A stretch of 64,000 nt of DNA from the NCBI GenBank assembly GCA_963811165.1, contig CAWEQH010000008.1, forward strand, positions 544,001 through 608,000, written 5' to 3'. Under the pieces are notes generated by a model. The model worked only from the letters and a program-made list of their open reading frames with translations, ran no database searches and had not been told where the DNA came from. Of the stretch, positions 20,517 through 30,870 are shown piece by piece. A program made the translations under genes and the position numbers. This DNA comes from an uncultured Nitrospiraceae bacterium (GTDB taxonomy: Bacteria > Nitrospirota > Thermodesulfovibrionia > Thermodesulfovibrionales > UBA6898). Within the stretch, counting starts at the first letter, position 1. Every line of letters begins with the position of its first letter.

Positions 20517-20990
20517 TCATCCTTTGGGCCTATGAATTAAAAGCAGGCGTAGTTCTTTAAGCAGGGGCAGTTGTCCTTCGTTTATTTTCTCCTTTGCCTC
20601 CCCCATGCCGAACCAGGCTGCCCGGTCGATCTCGGGAAATTCCTGCTTCCTGCCGGACCTGGGCGGCCATTCCATCGAAAAGGTGTTGCTCTTGATTGCC
20701 TCCGGATCGCAGTCGCCCTCAACGGCCCATGCCTGAACGACCTTCCCGCTTTTGAGTTTCACGGATGACAGCGGAATAAATCGGCCGGAGACTTTCATCC
20801 CCGTCTCTTCCTCAAACTCCCGTTTTGCTGCAGAGAGAGGGTCTTCCCCTTGATCAATCTCTCCCTTCGGGATCGACCACGCGCCGGGATCTTTTTTCGC
20901 CCACAACGGGCCGCCGGGATGAACGAGAAAGACTTGAAGTATGCCGTCGTGTTTTCGGTACATAAGAATGCCCGCGCTGATTTTGGCCAT
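20517..20990 (-). CDS. NUDIX hydrolase
   Basis: SAGILMYR, LVHPGGP.W, WSIPKGE...AKREFEEETG, EWPPRSG...FPEIDR; start trimmed. Confidence 0.92.
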   Translation of the reverse strand: MAKISAGILMYRKHDGILQVFLVHPGGPLWAKKDPGAWSIPKGEIDQGEDPLSAAKREFEEETGMKVSGRFIPLSSVKLKSGKVVQAWAVEGDCDPEAIKSNTFSMEWPPRSGRKQEFPEIDRAAWFGMGEAKEKINEGQLPLLKELRLLLIHRPKG

Positions 20991-21264
20991 GCGCATATTG
21001 TACCGCAAGGCGCCTCGTGAAAAAATGCAGAGGACACTCAGCAACTTCACAGACACTGACTGCTCGACTTCCACATTCTTTTGCACGTGCACTCTCGTCC
21101 TTGTCATGCACCTACCCGCACCATTCACCCTTGACCCCGGGAGAGAAAAGCGATATAAGATAACTGTAACCGGCGGTATCATCGCAATCGTCCCTCAGGT
21201 GATAAAACTGAGGTGTTCTGCGGGAACTAATATCATTCAAACCCATTTTTGAAAGGAGCGTGTC

Positions 21265-21756
21265 ATGAAAGCGAAGTCGGCGTTATTTCCAGTATTGATG
21301 GTCCTCTCTTTAATCGTGTGTGTTGTGGCATCACCGGGGCGTTCATATGCCGGAACGCCTGAGGGGACGGTCTGCTTTGAGGACGATCACGGAGATTTTT
21401 GGTTCCTGGATTTTGGAAGCTTTTTGTCCGGGCAGAACTTCGACATCCATGGATTCATGACAAACAGTAGCGTATTATGTAATGGGACATTCGTTCAGCC
21501 TGTCTCGGGTACGGCAACCATTGACGGTGACACGATAGTTGTCGGGGTATGGTCGATAGCGACCGGTCCAACCTGTGTGAGTGTATCCTGGCAAGCGGTC
21601 GTCGACCTGTCCACATTTCAGAGCATCAGTGGTTCGTTTATGACGCAGCTGGGTTATGAAGGGACATTCGCCCTCTCGGAGATTGATTGCTCTTCCGTAT
21701 TGACGGCTGCCAAGAAAAGATCTCAGGACATGAAAGGTCCCGCACAACGTAAGTGA
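21265..21756 (+). CDS. Secreted hypothetical beta-rich protein
   Basis: SD AAGGAG; signal peptide; 4 Cys in the mature part. Confidence 0.7.
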   Translation: MKAKSALFPVLMVLSLIVCVVASPGRSYAGTPEGTVCFEDDHGDFWFLDFGSFLSGQNFDIHGFMTNSSVLCNGTFVQPVSGTATIDGDTIVVGVWSIATGPTCVSVSWQAVVDLSTFQSISGSFMTQLGYEGTFALSEIDCSSVLTAAKKRSQDMKGPAQRK

Positions 21757-21781
21757 ATTAAGGTAGCCGTTCTTATTTTCG

Positions 21782-21810
21782 CAGGGGCCCTATATTGCAC
21801 AGGGCCCCTG
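21782..21810. terminator. GC-rich hairpin after the secreted-protein gene
   Basis: CAGGGGCCCT...AGGGCCCCTG stem; weak U-tract. Confidence 0.5.
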
Positions 21811-22054
21811 AAGTCCGCAAAAATCCCAATATTCACGCTGCGTGTTTTATTGACTCAAAGCAGCGTAAGTCTCTTGCCATCCTGGTATTGAGGCAAATGT
21901 TTGATTGGTGAGAAGCAGAAAAAACGGGGTTTCTTTAGAGGCTTTAAGAACCGCCGGATCGAAGTATTCCGGCATGGTCCTTCCATCCCTTACAGTGATA
22001 CTCTTGGCTGAGGTTGGCCGCCTCATTGTCTACGATAAGTGTCTTTCCCTTCAT

Positions 22055-24274
22055 TTAATACAAAATCTCCCTCACCTTAGTCAAAAGGTCTTGCGGCCTG
22101 ATGGGTTTATGGATGAAGTCAAAGCCTGATTCCGCCAGTTCCTTGTCTTTGATAATGTCCATCGTATATCCGCTCACGAAGAGTATTTTTGTCAGAGGCC
22201 TCGCCTTCCTGAGTACCTCACTGACCTCCTTTCCGTTTTTCTTAGGCATGATCATGTCAAGTATGGCGAGGTCGATCCTTTCCCTGTTTTCCATGAATTT
22301 TGTTATCGCGTCTTCCCCGTCTTCCGCGGTGATGACGCGGTAGCCGAAAGACTCCAGGACCGTCCTTGTCAATTCCCTCAGGGAGGCATCGTCTTCAGCC
22401 ACGAGGATTGTCTCATTTCCACCCTTGACGGGGACAGCAGCCTCAGCCCTCTTCTCCAGGTATGCCGGTTCCTCAATGAGGGGGAGATATATTTTAAATA
22501 CAGTGCCATGCCCCGGTTCGCTGTAGACCTTAACGTATCCGCTATGCTGTTTTATTATTCCGTAGGAGATCGCAAGCCCGAGCCCGGTTCCTTCTCCAAG
22601 ACCTTTCGTTGTAAAAAAAGGCTCAAATATCTTCTTCTGAGTTTCAGCATCTATTCCGCGCCCTGTATCAGAAACCGTGATAAGGGCGTACATTCCGGTT
22701 TTTCCATATCCATTCACCGCAATATATTCATCATCCATTTCCTGAAGACCGGTGCCGATCGTCAGCCGTCCGCCGTTGGGCATTGCGTCTTTGGCGTTTG
22801 AAACAAGGTTCATCAGGACCTGCTCTATCTGCCCGGCATCAGCCAGTACTATCAAGGGCCTCTCCTCAAGGGCCAAGTTAAATTCGATATCTTCGCCGAT
22901 GATCCGGACAAGCATTTTCTGGATATCTGTGATAAGTTCATTGAGATTGGTGGGCTTCACTTCAGCAAGATGTTTTCTGCTGAAGGCAAGAAGTCTCTTG
23001 GTGAGTGCTGCAGCCCTCTCGGCGGCGGCGAGCAGCTCATTCATTTGGCTCTTTGAAGGACTATCGGCTTCCAGCTTGTCAAACACCATGGAGCCATATC
23101 CTATTATCACATTGAGGATATTATTGAAATCGTGGGCAACGCCTCCTGCCAGCGTGCCGACGGCCTCCATCTTCTGCGCGTGCCGGAGTTGGTCTTCAAG
23201 TTTCTTGCGCTCGGTTATGTCGAGTAAAGTTCCTATCACGGCGGCGCGTGCCTTATATACTGTTTTGGAACCATAGGCCTCTAAATAGATGATCTCTTTA
23301 TTTTTTTTGATGCCCTTAAACCTATAATGACTGGATTCTATTTCTCCGGATATCCGTTTCCTCAAATTTTCCTTTACGATCGGCCAATCTTGCGGCAAGA
23401 CCAAATCCTCCGGCCCCTTTTTTTCTATTAACTCCCCGACTGCATAACCAAATATCTTAGCCAGCATCGGATTGACATAACTAAATTTTTCGTCCTGTAT
23501 AAGGTAAATACCGACTACCGATTTCTCCGCCAGATCTCTAAATTTATTCTCGGACTCCTGCAGCGATTTCTCCATCAGCTTACGCGTGGTGACGTCTCTC
23601 ACCACTTCGATACCTGCTATGATTTTCCCTTCTGAGTCCTTTAAGGCAGATGTGGTGTTCTCGAAATACTTCATCCCCTTATCAGTGAGCAGAGACCTTG
23701 CCACCGTGTGAATCTTGCCATCCTTGAAAGACATTGCTATGGGGCACTCTTCGCAGATGTCCTTCAGGCCTCTATAGGCCATGTAACAGTACTCTCCAAC
23801 GTGGTTCCCGGTAAAATTTATGTGAACCTGGTTTTGATAAAGAATCTTGAAATCCCTATTCTGGATGGAAATACCATCGCCGATCGCCTCAATAATAGCC
23901 TCCGACCTGCCCTTTTCGTCTTCAACTCTCTTGAGGGCATGACGCAACTCTTCTTCGGCCTTTTTGCGTACGGTGTCAGCTAAATGAATAGATCGAAAAT
24001 AATGCCTTATGTGCAGAACTCCCAGCAGCATCAGAAACGAAGTCACCAAGGCAATTAGTTCTGACATGTCGACGGTAATCTGTTTGCCGCCGGTGAGAAT
24101 TGAAATGAGCGCTACTACGCGGCGCCAGGTCATCAGAGTCAGCGCAATGGAGATTGAAATCCATGCCAGCTTGCGGCCCGTCAAACGAATCAGCAACAGG
24201 GCGTATATCGAAGCCGCCAGCTGTGTAGCGATAGAAATGAGCAACAAAATAACGGGAATCGATGCAGTTCTCAT
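22055..24274 (-). CDS. Membrane hybrid histidine kinase (3 TM, 2 PAS, HisKA-HATPase, REC)
   Basis: AQKMEAVGTLAGGVAHDFNN, FEPFFTTK..GEGTGLGL, VAEDD...LDMIMP. Confidence 0.93.
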   Translation of the reverse strand: MRTASIPVILLLISIATQLAASIYALLLIRLTGRKLAWISISIALTLMTWRRVVALISILTGGKQITVDMSELIALVTSFLMLLGVLHIRHYFRSIHLADTVRKKAEEELRHALKRVEDEKGRSEAIIEAIGDGISIQNRDFKILYQNQVHINFTGNHVGEYCYMAYRGLKDICEECPIAMSFKDGKIHTVARSLLTDKGMKYFENTTSALKDSEGKIIAGIEVVRDVTTRKLMEKSLQESENKFRDLAEKSVVGIYLIQDEKFSYVNPMLAKIFGYAVGELIEKKGPEDLVLPQDWPIVKENLRKRISGEIESSHYRFKGIKKNKEIIYLEAYGSKTVYKARAAVIGTLLDITERKKLEDQLRHAQKMEAVGTLAGGVAHDFNNILNVIIGYGSMVFDKLEADSPSKSQMNELLAAAERAAALTKRLLAFSRKHLAEVKPTNLNELITDIQKMLVRIIGEDIEFNLALEERPLIVLADAGQIEQVLMNLVSNAKDAMPNGGRLTIGTGLQEMDDEYIAVNGYGKTGMYALITVSDTGRGIDAETQKKIFEPFFTTKGLGEGTGLGLAISYGIIKQHSGYVKVYSEPGHGTVFKIYLPLIEEPAYLEKRAEAAVPVKGGNETILVAEDDASLRELTRTVLESFGYRVITAEDGEDAITKFMENRERIDLAILDMIMPKKNGKEVSEVLRKARPLTKILFVSGYTMDIIKDKELAESGFDFIHKPIRPQDLLTKVREILY

Positions 24275-24358
24275 AATTGTATTTAACCGTGTGTGATGTT
24301 TGCTCTATTCGAAACAGGAAAAACCATGAGCAGATATGAATTTTCTGAGTCTCTCGGG

Positions 24359-26890
24359 TCAGGCACTTTTGGTCCCCCGGCCGGCCCTGGAAGACTTCGT
24401 CAGCCGGCCATGAAACTCGGCTTCTATTTCAGCTTCGATGCCGAGTATCTTTTCTCTGAAGACGGCATACTCGGCGTCGCTTGCGGGCACAAAACCCGTA
24501 CAGTCCCTGCCCAGTGACGTGAGAACAATCGCCTCATCGTTTTTTGAGACATTGAGAGATATCAGCGCATCCCTGATGGCGCCCATAGTATTTACGTCGA
24601 CCGAGTTGTTGCAGCTCACATTGAATTCAGGAATCTCGGGTGATAACTGGAGGACTCTCAGCCCCTTTTCCCTGTAAACATGCGCCGTTTCCTCCATCAA
24701 TCCGCCGGCATCAAAATCTCCTGCGAGCACGGCCTTAGCGACTTTGTCATGGCTCCCGAGGAACTCGTAAGTCATGAAGTCGTGAACGGTCATCCCCGCC
24801 TCCTTGAGGGCGGCAAGCGGCATAATATGTCCGGTTGCGGACTTCGGACTTACAAGGGCAAAGGTTTTTCCCTTCAGGTCCCTTACGGAATGCGCTGACG
24901 ATCCGGCTCTGACGACGATCGCGGCGCGGTGGAAAGGCTTGCCCTGCCTCAGTGCCTTGGCAATCACCTTCACTCCGTATTTTGAATGCGCCTCGACATA
25001 GTTTGCGGGCCCCATTGCGCATAACTGGGTCACGTTTTCGCCCAGGTCCTTCACCGCGCTTTCCATATCAATCGCAACCTTGAGGTCGACCTTTCTCCCG
25101 AGCTTCCCGGCAAGGTATTCCGAAAGAGGGGTGAATTTCCTGAACATTAAAGACGGCTCCTGCAGGGGAACGACCCCGAGCCTCAACGAATGTCCTCTCT
25201 CTCCGGAGAACTTGAAACGTTCCATCTCCGCCCTGAGGAGCTCTGCGTCCTTCTGAAGGTTCCAGAGCGTATTGCTGATTCTGAAGGCGAGTTCCCTGTT
25301 TTCGACCGGTATGTCCTTTACCGCCTCGATGCTGCTGAGTATGCTGAGGGAGCCTTTCCTGTTTTCGCCCAGGGAGTTGGATATCTGCCGGCTTCTCTCG
25401 GAAAAGAGTTCCGTGGTCTGCGCTATCAGTCCGCTGCTCATCGCCTGTTCTCCGGTTGCCTTGCTTACCTGGTGAGAAAGCGTCTTCATCCTTTCCGCAG
25501 CTTCCTTGATGAGCACGGCACCCTCAGACTGTTCCGCCGCGGCCTTTGCCACGCGCCCTATCATTTCCCTCACCCTCTCCGTGGCCTCTGCAACCAGGCC
25601 CGCGGCCCGCGCCTGCTCGCCGGTAGTGCGCTTGATGGAGAGGGTCATCTCCGAAGATTTCTCTGAGCTCTGCATGACCTTCTTCAGTGCCTCCTCGGCC
25701 TCTTTCGCCAGTCTGAGTCCTCCTTCCACATCGGTGATCCCCTTCTGCATGGCATCCTGTGCATTCCCTATTTCCGTCTGAATAGCCTGAATAAGCGATG
25801 CTATCTCTTTTGTTGAATTACCTGTTCTCTCTGAAAGCTCTCTCATCTCGGCGGCGACGACCGAGAAGCCCCTGCCGTGTTCCCCGGCCTGTGCGGCCAA
25901 TATCGCGGCATTTAGCGAGAGAAGGTTCGTGTCTTCATTCACCCCCTGTATGACACTCAATATCTTTTCTATTTCCCGCGACCTGTTTCCGAGGACGCGA
26001 ATGCACTCCGCCGTGTTCTGCACCGAAGACGCTATTCCCTTCATCCCTTCAGTCGTCTTGGCGATCGAGGCCATGCCGAGGTTCGCCGCATCGCTCGTGG
26101 CCTTCTCGGAAAGCATCGCAGATTCCTTCGCATGATCCTCCACTTCCTTTATTGTCTCGGTTATTTCGGAGATGGCGGCGAGGGTCTCCTCCGACGCGGC
26201 GGCCAGTGCTTCAGATTCGGACGCAACCTCTTTCGTCCTTCCCCAGAGCTGCCCGACCGAGGCGGATGTGGACTCCACGATCCCATCCAACTCCTGAATG
26301 TTGTCGTTGATATTCTTGATGCTCGATACCATCTGTTCAATGGCGGCCGAAGCACCTTCAGCCGAAGAGGCAAGACCTTCCGTGTTGTTCGCCATCTCGG
26401 CCGCCGTTCCGTTGAGTTCCCCTACCGAACTTGAGATGCTCTCGATCGCCTCGGTCTCGGTCTCGGCCCCCTTCAGTACCTTTTCGGATACCTGCTCCAC
26501 TTCCTCGACAACCACCAATATCCTGTCGGACAGCTCTTTGATTCTCTGGAGAACCCCTTCGACGGCCAGGAAGGCCTCCTTCAGCAACATGCTGGCCCTT
26601 CCGATCTCATCAGTGCTTCCACCTTCCGTGCGGAAGGAGAGATCACCCTGCGCAACCTTTCTCGCGGCGGCCTCGATCGACCTGATTGGGGCGACAACCA
26701 TTTTTCTTATGACCATAATGTTTATAGCGAGAGGCAGGAGAACTGTTGCCGCGAAAACCGCCGCAACGCCTATTTGGCCTGAAAGTCCCAGATAAGCAGT
26801 AAACGCCAGACAGAAGAAAAAGGGAATGACGACAAGCGGAGTAAGCTTCAGCTTTCCCGTTATCCGGAGATTACCTAAATGGCGCCCCAT
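24359..26890 (-). CDS. Methyl-accepting chemotaxis protein with C-terminal PhnD/phosphonate-binding-like domain
   Basis: 2 TM, HAMP, TNLLSLNAAILAAQAGEHGRGFSVVA; C-terminal LRLGVVP...PL.EYL...DLKGKTFA.VSPKSATGH..P...GSHD.VA.AVL.G.FDAG. Confidence 0.88.
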   Translation of the reverse strand: MGRHLGNLRITGKLKLTPLVVIPFFFCLAFTAYLGLSGQIGVAAVFAATVLLPLAINIMVIRKMVVAPIRSIEAAARKVAQGDLSFRTEGGSTDEIGRASMLLKEAFLAVEGVLQRIKELSDRILVVVEEVEQVSEKVLKGAETETEAIESISSSVGELNGTAAEMANNTEGLASSAEGASAAIEQMVSSIKNINDNIQELDGIVESTSASVGQLWGRTKEVASESEALAAASEETLAAISEITETIKEVEDHAKESAMLSEKATSDAANLGMASIAKTTEGMKGIASSVQNTAECIRVLGNRSREIEKILSVIQGVNEDTNLLSLNAAILAAQAGEHGRGFSVVAAEMRELSERTGNSTKEIASLIQAIQTEIGNAQDAMQKGITDVEGGLRLAKEAEEALKKVMQSSEKSSEMTLSIKRTTGEQARAAGLVAEATERVREMIGRVAKAAAEQSEGAVLIKEAAERMKTLSHQVSKATGEQAMSSGLIAQTTELFSERSRQISNSLGENRKGSLSILSSIEAVKDIPVENRELAFRISNTLWNLQKDAELLRAEMERFKFSGERGHSLRLGVVPLQEPSLMFRKFTPLSEYLAGKLGRKVDLKVAIDMESAVKDLGENVTQLCAMGPANYVEAHSKYGVKVIAKALRQGKPFHRAAIVVRAGSSAHSVRDLKGKTFALVSPKSATGHIMPLAALKEAGMTVHDFMTYEFLGSHDKVAKAVLAGDFDAGGLMEETAHVYREKGLRVLQLSPEIPEFNVSCNNSVDVNTMGAIRDALISLNVSKNDEAIVLTSLGRDCTGFVPASDAEYAVFREKILGIEAEIEAEFHGRLTKSSRAGRGTKSA

Positions 26891-27342
26891 ATTTTACCTT
26901 TTTTAATATCGCTGTGGGGCGCACCGGCTTTCATCCGATGCGCTGCGTCAGAACAGCTCAAGCAATTATCAGTCGCGAACCGCATTAATACCAAAATAGT
27001 TGGTAACCCTGTAAGCATTCTTTATTAAATATACCTTAAGAGGCGTGAAATTGCTCAATTGTACCTACAAGCGGTAAAACAGAAGACGAGCGACTTCACG
27101 TTTCAGACTCGGCAAATGGTCTTTAACGTCTGCTGTCGATGAAGGTTTCTTCCGTAAGTTCTCACGGGAAGAAAAAAGCCCGAAACTCCTCTTAGTAAGA
27201 GACCGCATGCCTCATACATGGGAGATGGTAAAGTTTTTGGGCATACTCCGCAGTTATGTGAGAATGGAAAAGTGTGGTAGTGTCCAGGACACTGCCAAAA
27301 GTGTCGAGAGTTGGTAGTGGGGTTACCCCACTACCCGAGAGT

Positions 27343-27372
27343 TTGACAATAAATTCGTTCCTGAACTATACT
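27343..27372 (+). promoter_or_regulatory. Sigma70 promoter of the thi operon
   Basis: TTGACA-18 bp-TATACT just upstream of the riboswitch. Confidence 0.7.
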
Positions 27373-27380
27373 TGAATTGA

Positions 27381-27473
27381 CCCTTGGGGGAGGCCATGGA
27401 GCCTGAGAGTTTCTCGTGTTACGGGAGAGACCCCTTGAACCTGATACGGACAATTCCGGCGTAGGGATTAGGG
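27381..27473 (+). ncRNA. TPP riboswitch aptamer
   Basis: GGGG...CTGAGA...ACCC.TGAACCTGAT.CGG..AAT.CCGGCGTAGGGA upstream of thiS. Confidence 0.93.
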
Positions 27474-27489
27474 ATGAGTGCTGAGGCGA

Positions 27490-27523
27490 CCGTATCCCTT
27501 TAGGGATGCGGTTTTTTATTTTT
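27490..27523 (+). terminator. Riboswitch expression-platform intrinsic terminator
   Basis: CCGTATCCCT-TT-AGGGATGCGG followed by a T-rich run. Confidence 0.75.
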
Positions 27524-27724
27524 ATGAGACTGAAGATAAACGGCGAGACAGTCGATAACCTGAGGGCGAAGACGGTCATGGAGCTTCTCGATGAGCTCAA
27601 GATCCGGTCGGGAAGGGTTGCCGTTGAAGTGAATCTTACGATTGTCAAAAAGGCGGACTACGGCGGTTTTGCACTGAAGGACGGAGATGCGGTTGAGATA
27701 GTCAACTTTGTCGGAGGAGGATAA
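27524..27724 (+). CDS. thiS: Sulfur carrier ThiS
   Basis: INGE, VAVEVN..IV, L.DGD.VEIVNFVGGG. Confidence 0.95.
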   Translation: MRLKINGETVDNLRAKTVMELLDELKIRSGRVAVEVNLTIVKKADYGGFALKDGDAVEIVNFVGGG

Positions 27725-27770
27725 AACGGTGATAAGAACCTGTCTCAAAATAGAGGCTCGCTTAAAGACT

Positions 27771-27986
27771 GTCATTCCCGCAAGCGTAGCGCGTCGGGAA
27801 TCCAACCCCCCTTTACATCCCCCCTTATCAAGGGGGAAGGGGCTGATCCTCCCCTGATAAGGGGAGGCAGGGAGGGGTTATCGGACCCACCACAAAGACG
27901 GCGGGCACGCAAGCCGGAATGACACAATAGAGGCTTTTGCCTCACCCCCTCTGTCCCCCTTGATAAGGGGGGATGTAAAGGGGGGG
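27771..27986. repeat. Composite palindromic repeat cluster between thiS and thiG
   Basis: GTCATTCCCG...GGAATGAC (27771-27923); a 31-bp perfect inverted pair at 27806-27836 and 27955-27985; CCCC(T)TGATAAGGGG-type hairpins. Confidence 0.8.
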
Positions 27987-28059
27987 TACTGTAAGAATTG
28001 CGGGCAAAAAAACCGCTCAATGGCAGTCTCCTGCCATTACTTTTATTGCGAGGTGAGAA

Positions 28060-28836
28060 ATGGAAGATAAGCTGATCATCAGGGGAATAGAGTTTGCCTC
28101 ACGGCTTTGGGTTGGCACAGGTAAGTATAAGGACTTCGAAGAGACAAAAAAGGTCATCGAGGCCTCAGGTGCCGATGTGGTCACGGTTTCCGTACGACGG
28201 GTAAATATTCTAGACAGGAAATCCGAGAACCTGCTGGACTATATAGACCCGAAAAAATACAAGATCCTTCCCAACACGGCAGGCTGCTATACGGTGGAGG
28301 ACGCGCTCAGGTATTCGAGACTTGCCAGGGAAGCAGGCATCTCAGACCTTATAAAGCTCGAAGTGATAGGAGACGAGAAAACTCTCTTCCCCGACACGAT
28401 CGGCCTTCTGAAGGCGACGGAGATACTTGCGAAGGAGGGGTTTATCGTTCTTCCCTATACCAATGACGACCCGATCATGGCGAAGCGCCTCGAAGATGCA
28501 GGCGCGGCCGCCGTGATGCCGCTGGGTGCCCCGATAGGTTCCGGTCTCGGCATCCGAAACCCGTATAACATACGCATCATAATCGAGACCGCGGTGAAGG
28601 TCCCGGTCGTGGTCGATGCGGGTGTCGGGACGGCCTCCGACGCTGCGATTGCGATGGAACTGGGGTGCGATGCAGTCCTTATCAATACCGGTATCGCAGG
28701 CGCAAAGGACCCGGTAGCGATGGCCTCGGCCATGAAACACGCGGTGATCGCGGGGCGTCTGGCACATCTGGCAGGGAGGATGCCTAAAAAGCTGTACGCG
28801 ACTGCGAGCAGTCCGCTTGAGGGAATGCTCCTCTAG
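28060..28836 (+). CDS. thiG: Thiazole synthase
   Basis: [40 protein letters not shown]. Confidence 0.97.
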   Translation: MEDKLIIRGIEFASRLWVGTGKYKDFEETKKVIEASGADVVTVSVRRVNILDRKSENLLDYIDPKKYKILPNTAGCYTVEDALRYSRLAREAGISDLIKLEVIGDEKTLFPDTIGLLKATEILAKEGFIVLPYTNDDPIMAKRLEDAGAAAVMPLGAPIGSGLGIRNPYNIRIIIETAVKVPVVVDAGVGTASDAAIAMELGCDAVLINTGIAGAKDPVAMASAMKHAVIAGRLAHLAGRMPKKLYATASSPLEGMLL

Positions 28837-28843
28837 ACTAGCG

Positions 28844-29476
28844 GTGGACCGTAAGAGGATAGATTTCAGGCTCTACCTGATAACCGACAGAAAATTGCTC
28901 GCGTCCGGTTACACCCTGCCGGCAGCCATAGAGGAGTCTCTAAAAGGAGGGGTGAGGGCCGTTCAATTAAGGGAGAAAGACGTTGGGACAAAAGAGTTGC
29001 TCCATATGGCGTATGAGCTTCGTGGTATTACAAAAAGATATCAGGCGAGACTTTTCATCAACGGGAGGGTCGATATCGCCCTTGCCGTGGGTGCTGACGG
29101 CGTCCACCTCGGAGTATCGGACATCCCCGTACATGCCGCAAGAAAAGCTGCGGGAGACGACATGCTGATCGGTGCGTCGGCGCATAGCGTTTCGGAGGCC
29201 AAAAAAGCAGAGGAAGAGGGCGCCGACTTTGTGACGCTCGGGCCCGTCTACGAGACTCCGTCGAAGATGCGATACGGAAGGCCTGTCGGACTTCAGGTCG
29301 TTGTAAAGGTGAAGGAAGAAGTCTCGGTCCCTATCTTTGCGGTGGGGGGCATCAAAAAGGAACGGGTCGGTGAGGTGGTAAAGGCAGGGGCTTACGGGAT
29401 AGCGCTTATTTCCGCTGTCCTGGCATCGGAAAACATAAAATCAAGTACAGAGGAATTTGTGAGGCTATTGAAATGA
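28844..29476 (+). CDS. thiE: Thiamine phosphate synthase
   Basis: LYLITDR, VQLREK, DGVHLG, GASAHS, GPVYETPSK. Confidence 0.9.
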   Translation: MDRKRIDFRLYLITDRKLLASGYTLPAAIEESLKGGVRAVQLREKDVGTKELLHMAYELRGITKRYQARLFINGRVDIALAVGADGVHLGVSDIPVHAARKAAGDDMLIGASAHSVSEAKKAEEEGADFVTLGPVYETPSKMRYGRPVGLQVVVKVKEEVSVPIFAVGGIKKERVGEVVKAGAYGIALISAVLASENIKSSTEEFVRLLK

Positions 29477-30759
29477 CGAGAATCGAACTGGCAAGAAAAG
29501 GGATTATTACTGATGAAGCAAGGGAAGTCGCTTTGGCGGAAGGCGTGTCGGCAGAAGCCCTCTCCGAAGACATCGCCTCAGGCGTAAGCGTTATTCCGAT
29601 CAACAAAAAACATGGCATTAAGCCTATCGGCATAGGCAGAAACCTAAGGACGAAGATCAATGCCAATATCGGCACATCGAAAGACAGGGTCTCGATAGAA
29701 GAGGAGATGGAGAAACTCGATGTCCTCGTCAGATACGGTGCGGACGCGGTAATGGACCTCTCTACCGGAGGTCCGATAAAGGAACTCCGCGCCATGATGC
29801 TTAAGAGGTCTCCTGTTGCCGTCGGTACGGTGCCTGTCTATGAGGCCGCGGTCATGGCCGCCGCGGAAAAAGGCGCGATAGCCAGGATGACTCCCGACGA
29901 CCTCTTTAGAGTAATAGAGGAACACGCCGCATCAGGCGTCGATTTTGTCACTGTTCATTGCGGCCTTACGATGAAGGCCGTGGAGAGGTTAAAGAGTGAG
30001 GGCAGGGTCCTGGACATCGTCAGCAGGGGCGGGTCGCTTCTTCTTGAGTGGATGGTATATAACGAACAGGACAATCCCCTCTTCCTCCAGTTTGAAAGAC
30101 TCCTTGAAATCGCGCGGGAGTATGACATGACCCTGAGCCTGGGTGACGGCATGCGCCCCGGCTGCCTTGCCGATGCTACCGACCGTACGCAGATCGAGGA
30201 ACTCCTTACCCTTGGGGAATTGAGGGACAAGGCGGTGGAGGCCGGCGTGCAGGTCATTATCGAGGGGCCGGGCCACGTGCCTCTGAATCAGGTAGAGCTT
30301 AATGTGAAGATCGAAAAAGAGATTTGCAAGGGCGCTCCTTTCTATGTCCTTGGCCCGCTTGTTACCGACATAGGCATGGGATACGATCACATCACGGCCG
30401 CAATCGGCGGTGCGGTCGCGGGCGCTGCAGGCGCGGATTTTCTCTGCTACGTAACGCCTTCGGAGCATATTCGGCTGCCGACCGTAGAAGATGTGAAAGA
30501 AGGGGTCATCGTATCCAAGCTTGCGGCGCATGCCGCCGACATCGCAAAGGGGATAAGGGGCGCCATGGACGCCGATCTTAAAATGGCGAGATGCAGAAAG
30601 GCACTCGACTGGAACGGCCAGATCGGTCTGAGCTTAAATCCCGACAAAGTCAGAGAGTGGCGTGCGGAGGTCCCTCCGACAGAATCGGATGTCTGCAGCA
30701 TGTGCGGCGAATTCTGCGCGATAAGGACTGTTGAGAGGGCGCTTAAGAAAGAGAAGTGA
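29473..30759 (+). CDS. thiC: Phosphomethylpyrimidine synthase (short form)
   Basis: KINANIGTS, MDLSTGG, SRGGS, EGPGHVP, CSMCGEFC; in the TPP-controlled operon. Confidence 0.93.
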   Translation: MTRIELARKGIITDEAREVALAEGVSAEALSEDIASGVSVIPINKKHGIKPIGIGRNLRTKINANIGTSKDRVSIEEEMEKLDVLVRYGADAVMDLSTGGPIKELRAMMLKRSPVAVGTVPVYEAAVMAAAEKGAIARMTPDDLFRVIEEHAASGVDFVTVHCGLTMKAVERLKSEGRVLDIVSRGGSLLLEWMVYNEQDNPLFLQFERLLEIAREYDMTLSLGDGMRPGCLADATDRTQIEELLTLGELRDKAVEAGVQVIIEGPGHVPLNQVELNVKIEKEICKGAPFYVLGPLVTDIGMGYDHITAAIGGAVAGAAGADFLCYVTPSEHIRLPTVEDVKEGVIVSKLAAHAADIAKGIRGAMDADLKMARCRKALDWNGQIGLSLNPDKVREWRAEVPPTESDVCSMCGEFCAIRTVERALKKEK

Positions 30760-30870
30760 GAGGATGAGCCTCGATTCACTATCAGGAAAGCTGCTGCTAC
30801 TTGTGCAGAGACGGCATCCTCTCTCATTCTCACACACAAATTTTGATGGCGGATTTCGGATGAGAAAAAT

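Noticed and set aside
26900..27270. Hairpins upstream of the MCP as a c-di-GMP or fluoride riboswitch
   Set aside because: Consensus motifs could not be matched on either strand
27771..27986. CRISPR array
   Set aside because: Repeats are inverted and irregular, with no repeat-spacer period and no cas genes
29473..30759. BzaA/B/F instead of ThiC
   Set aside because: TPP riboswitch and thiSGE context favour ThiC
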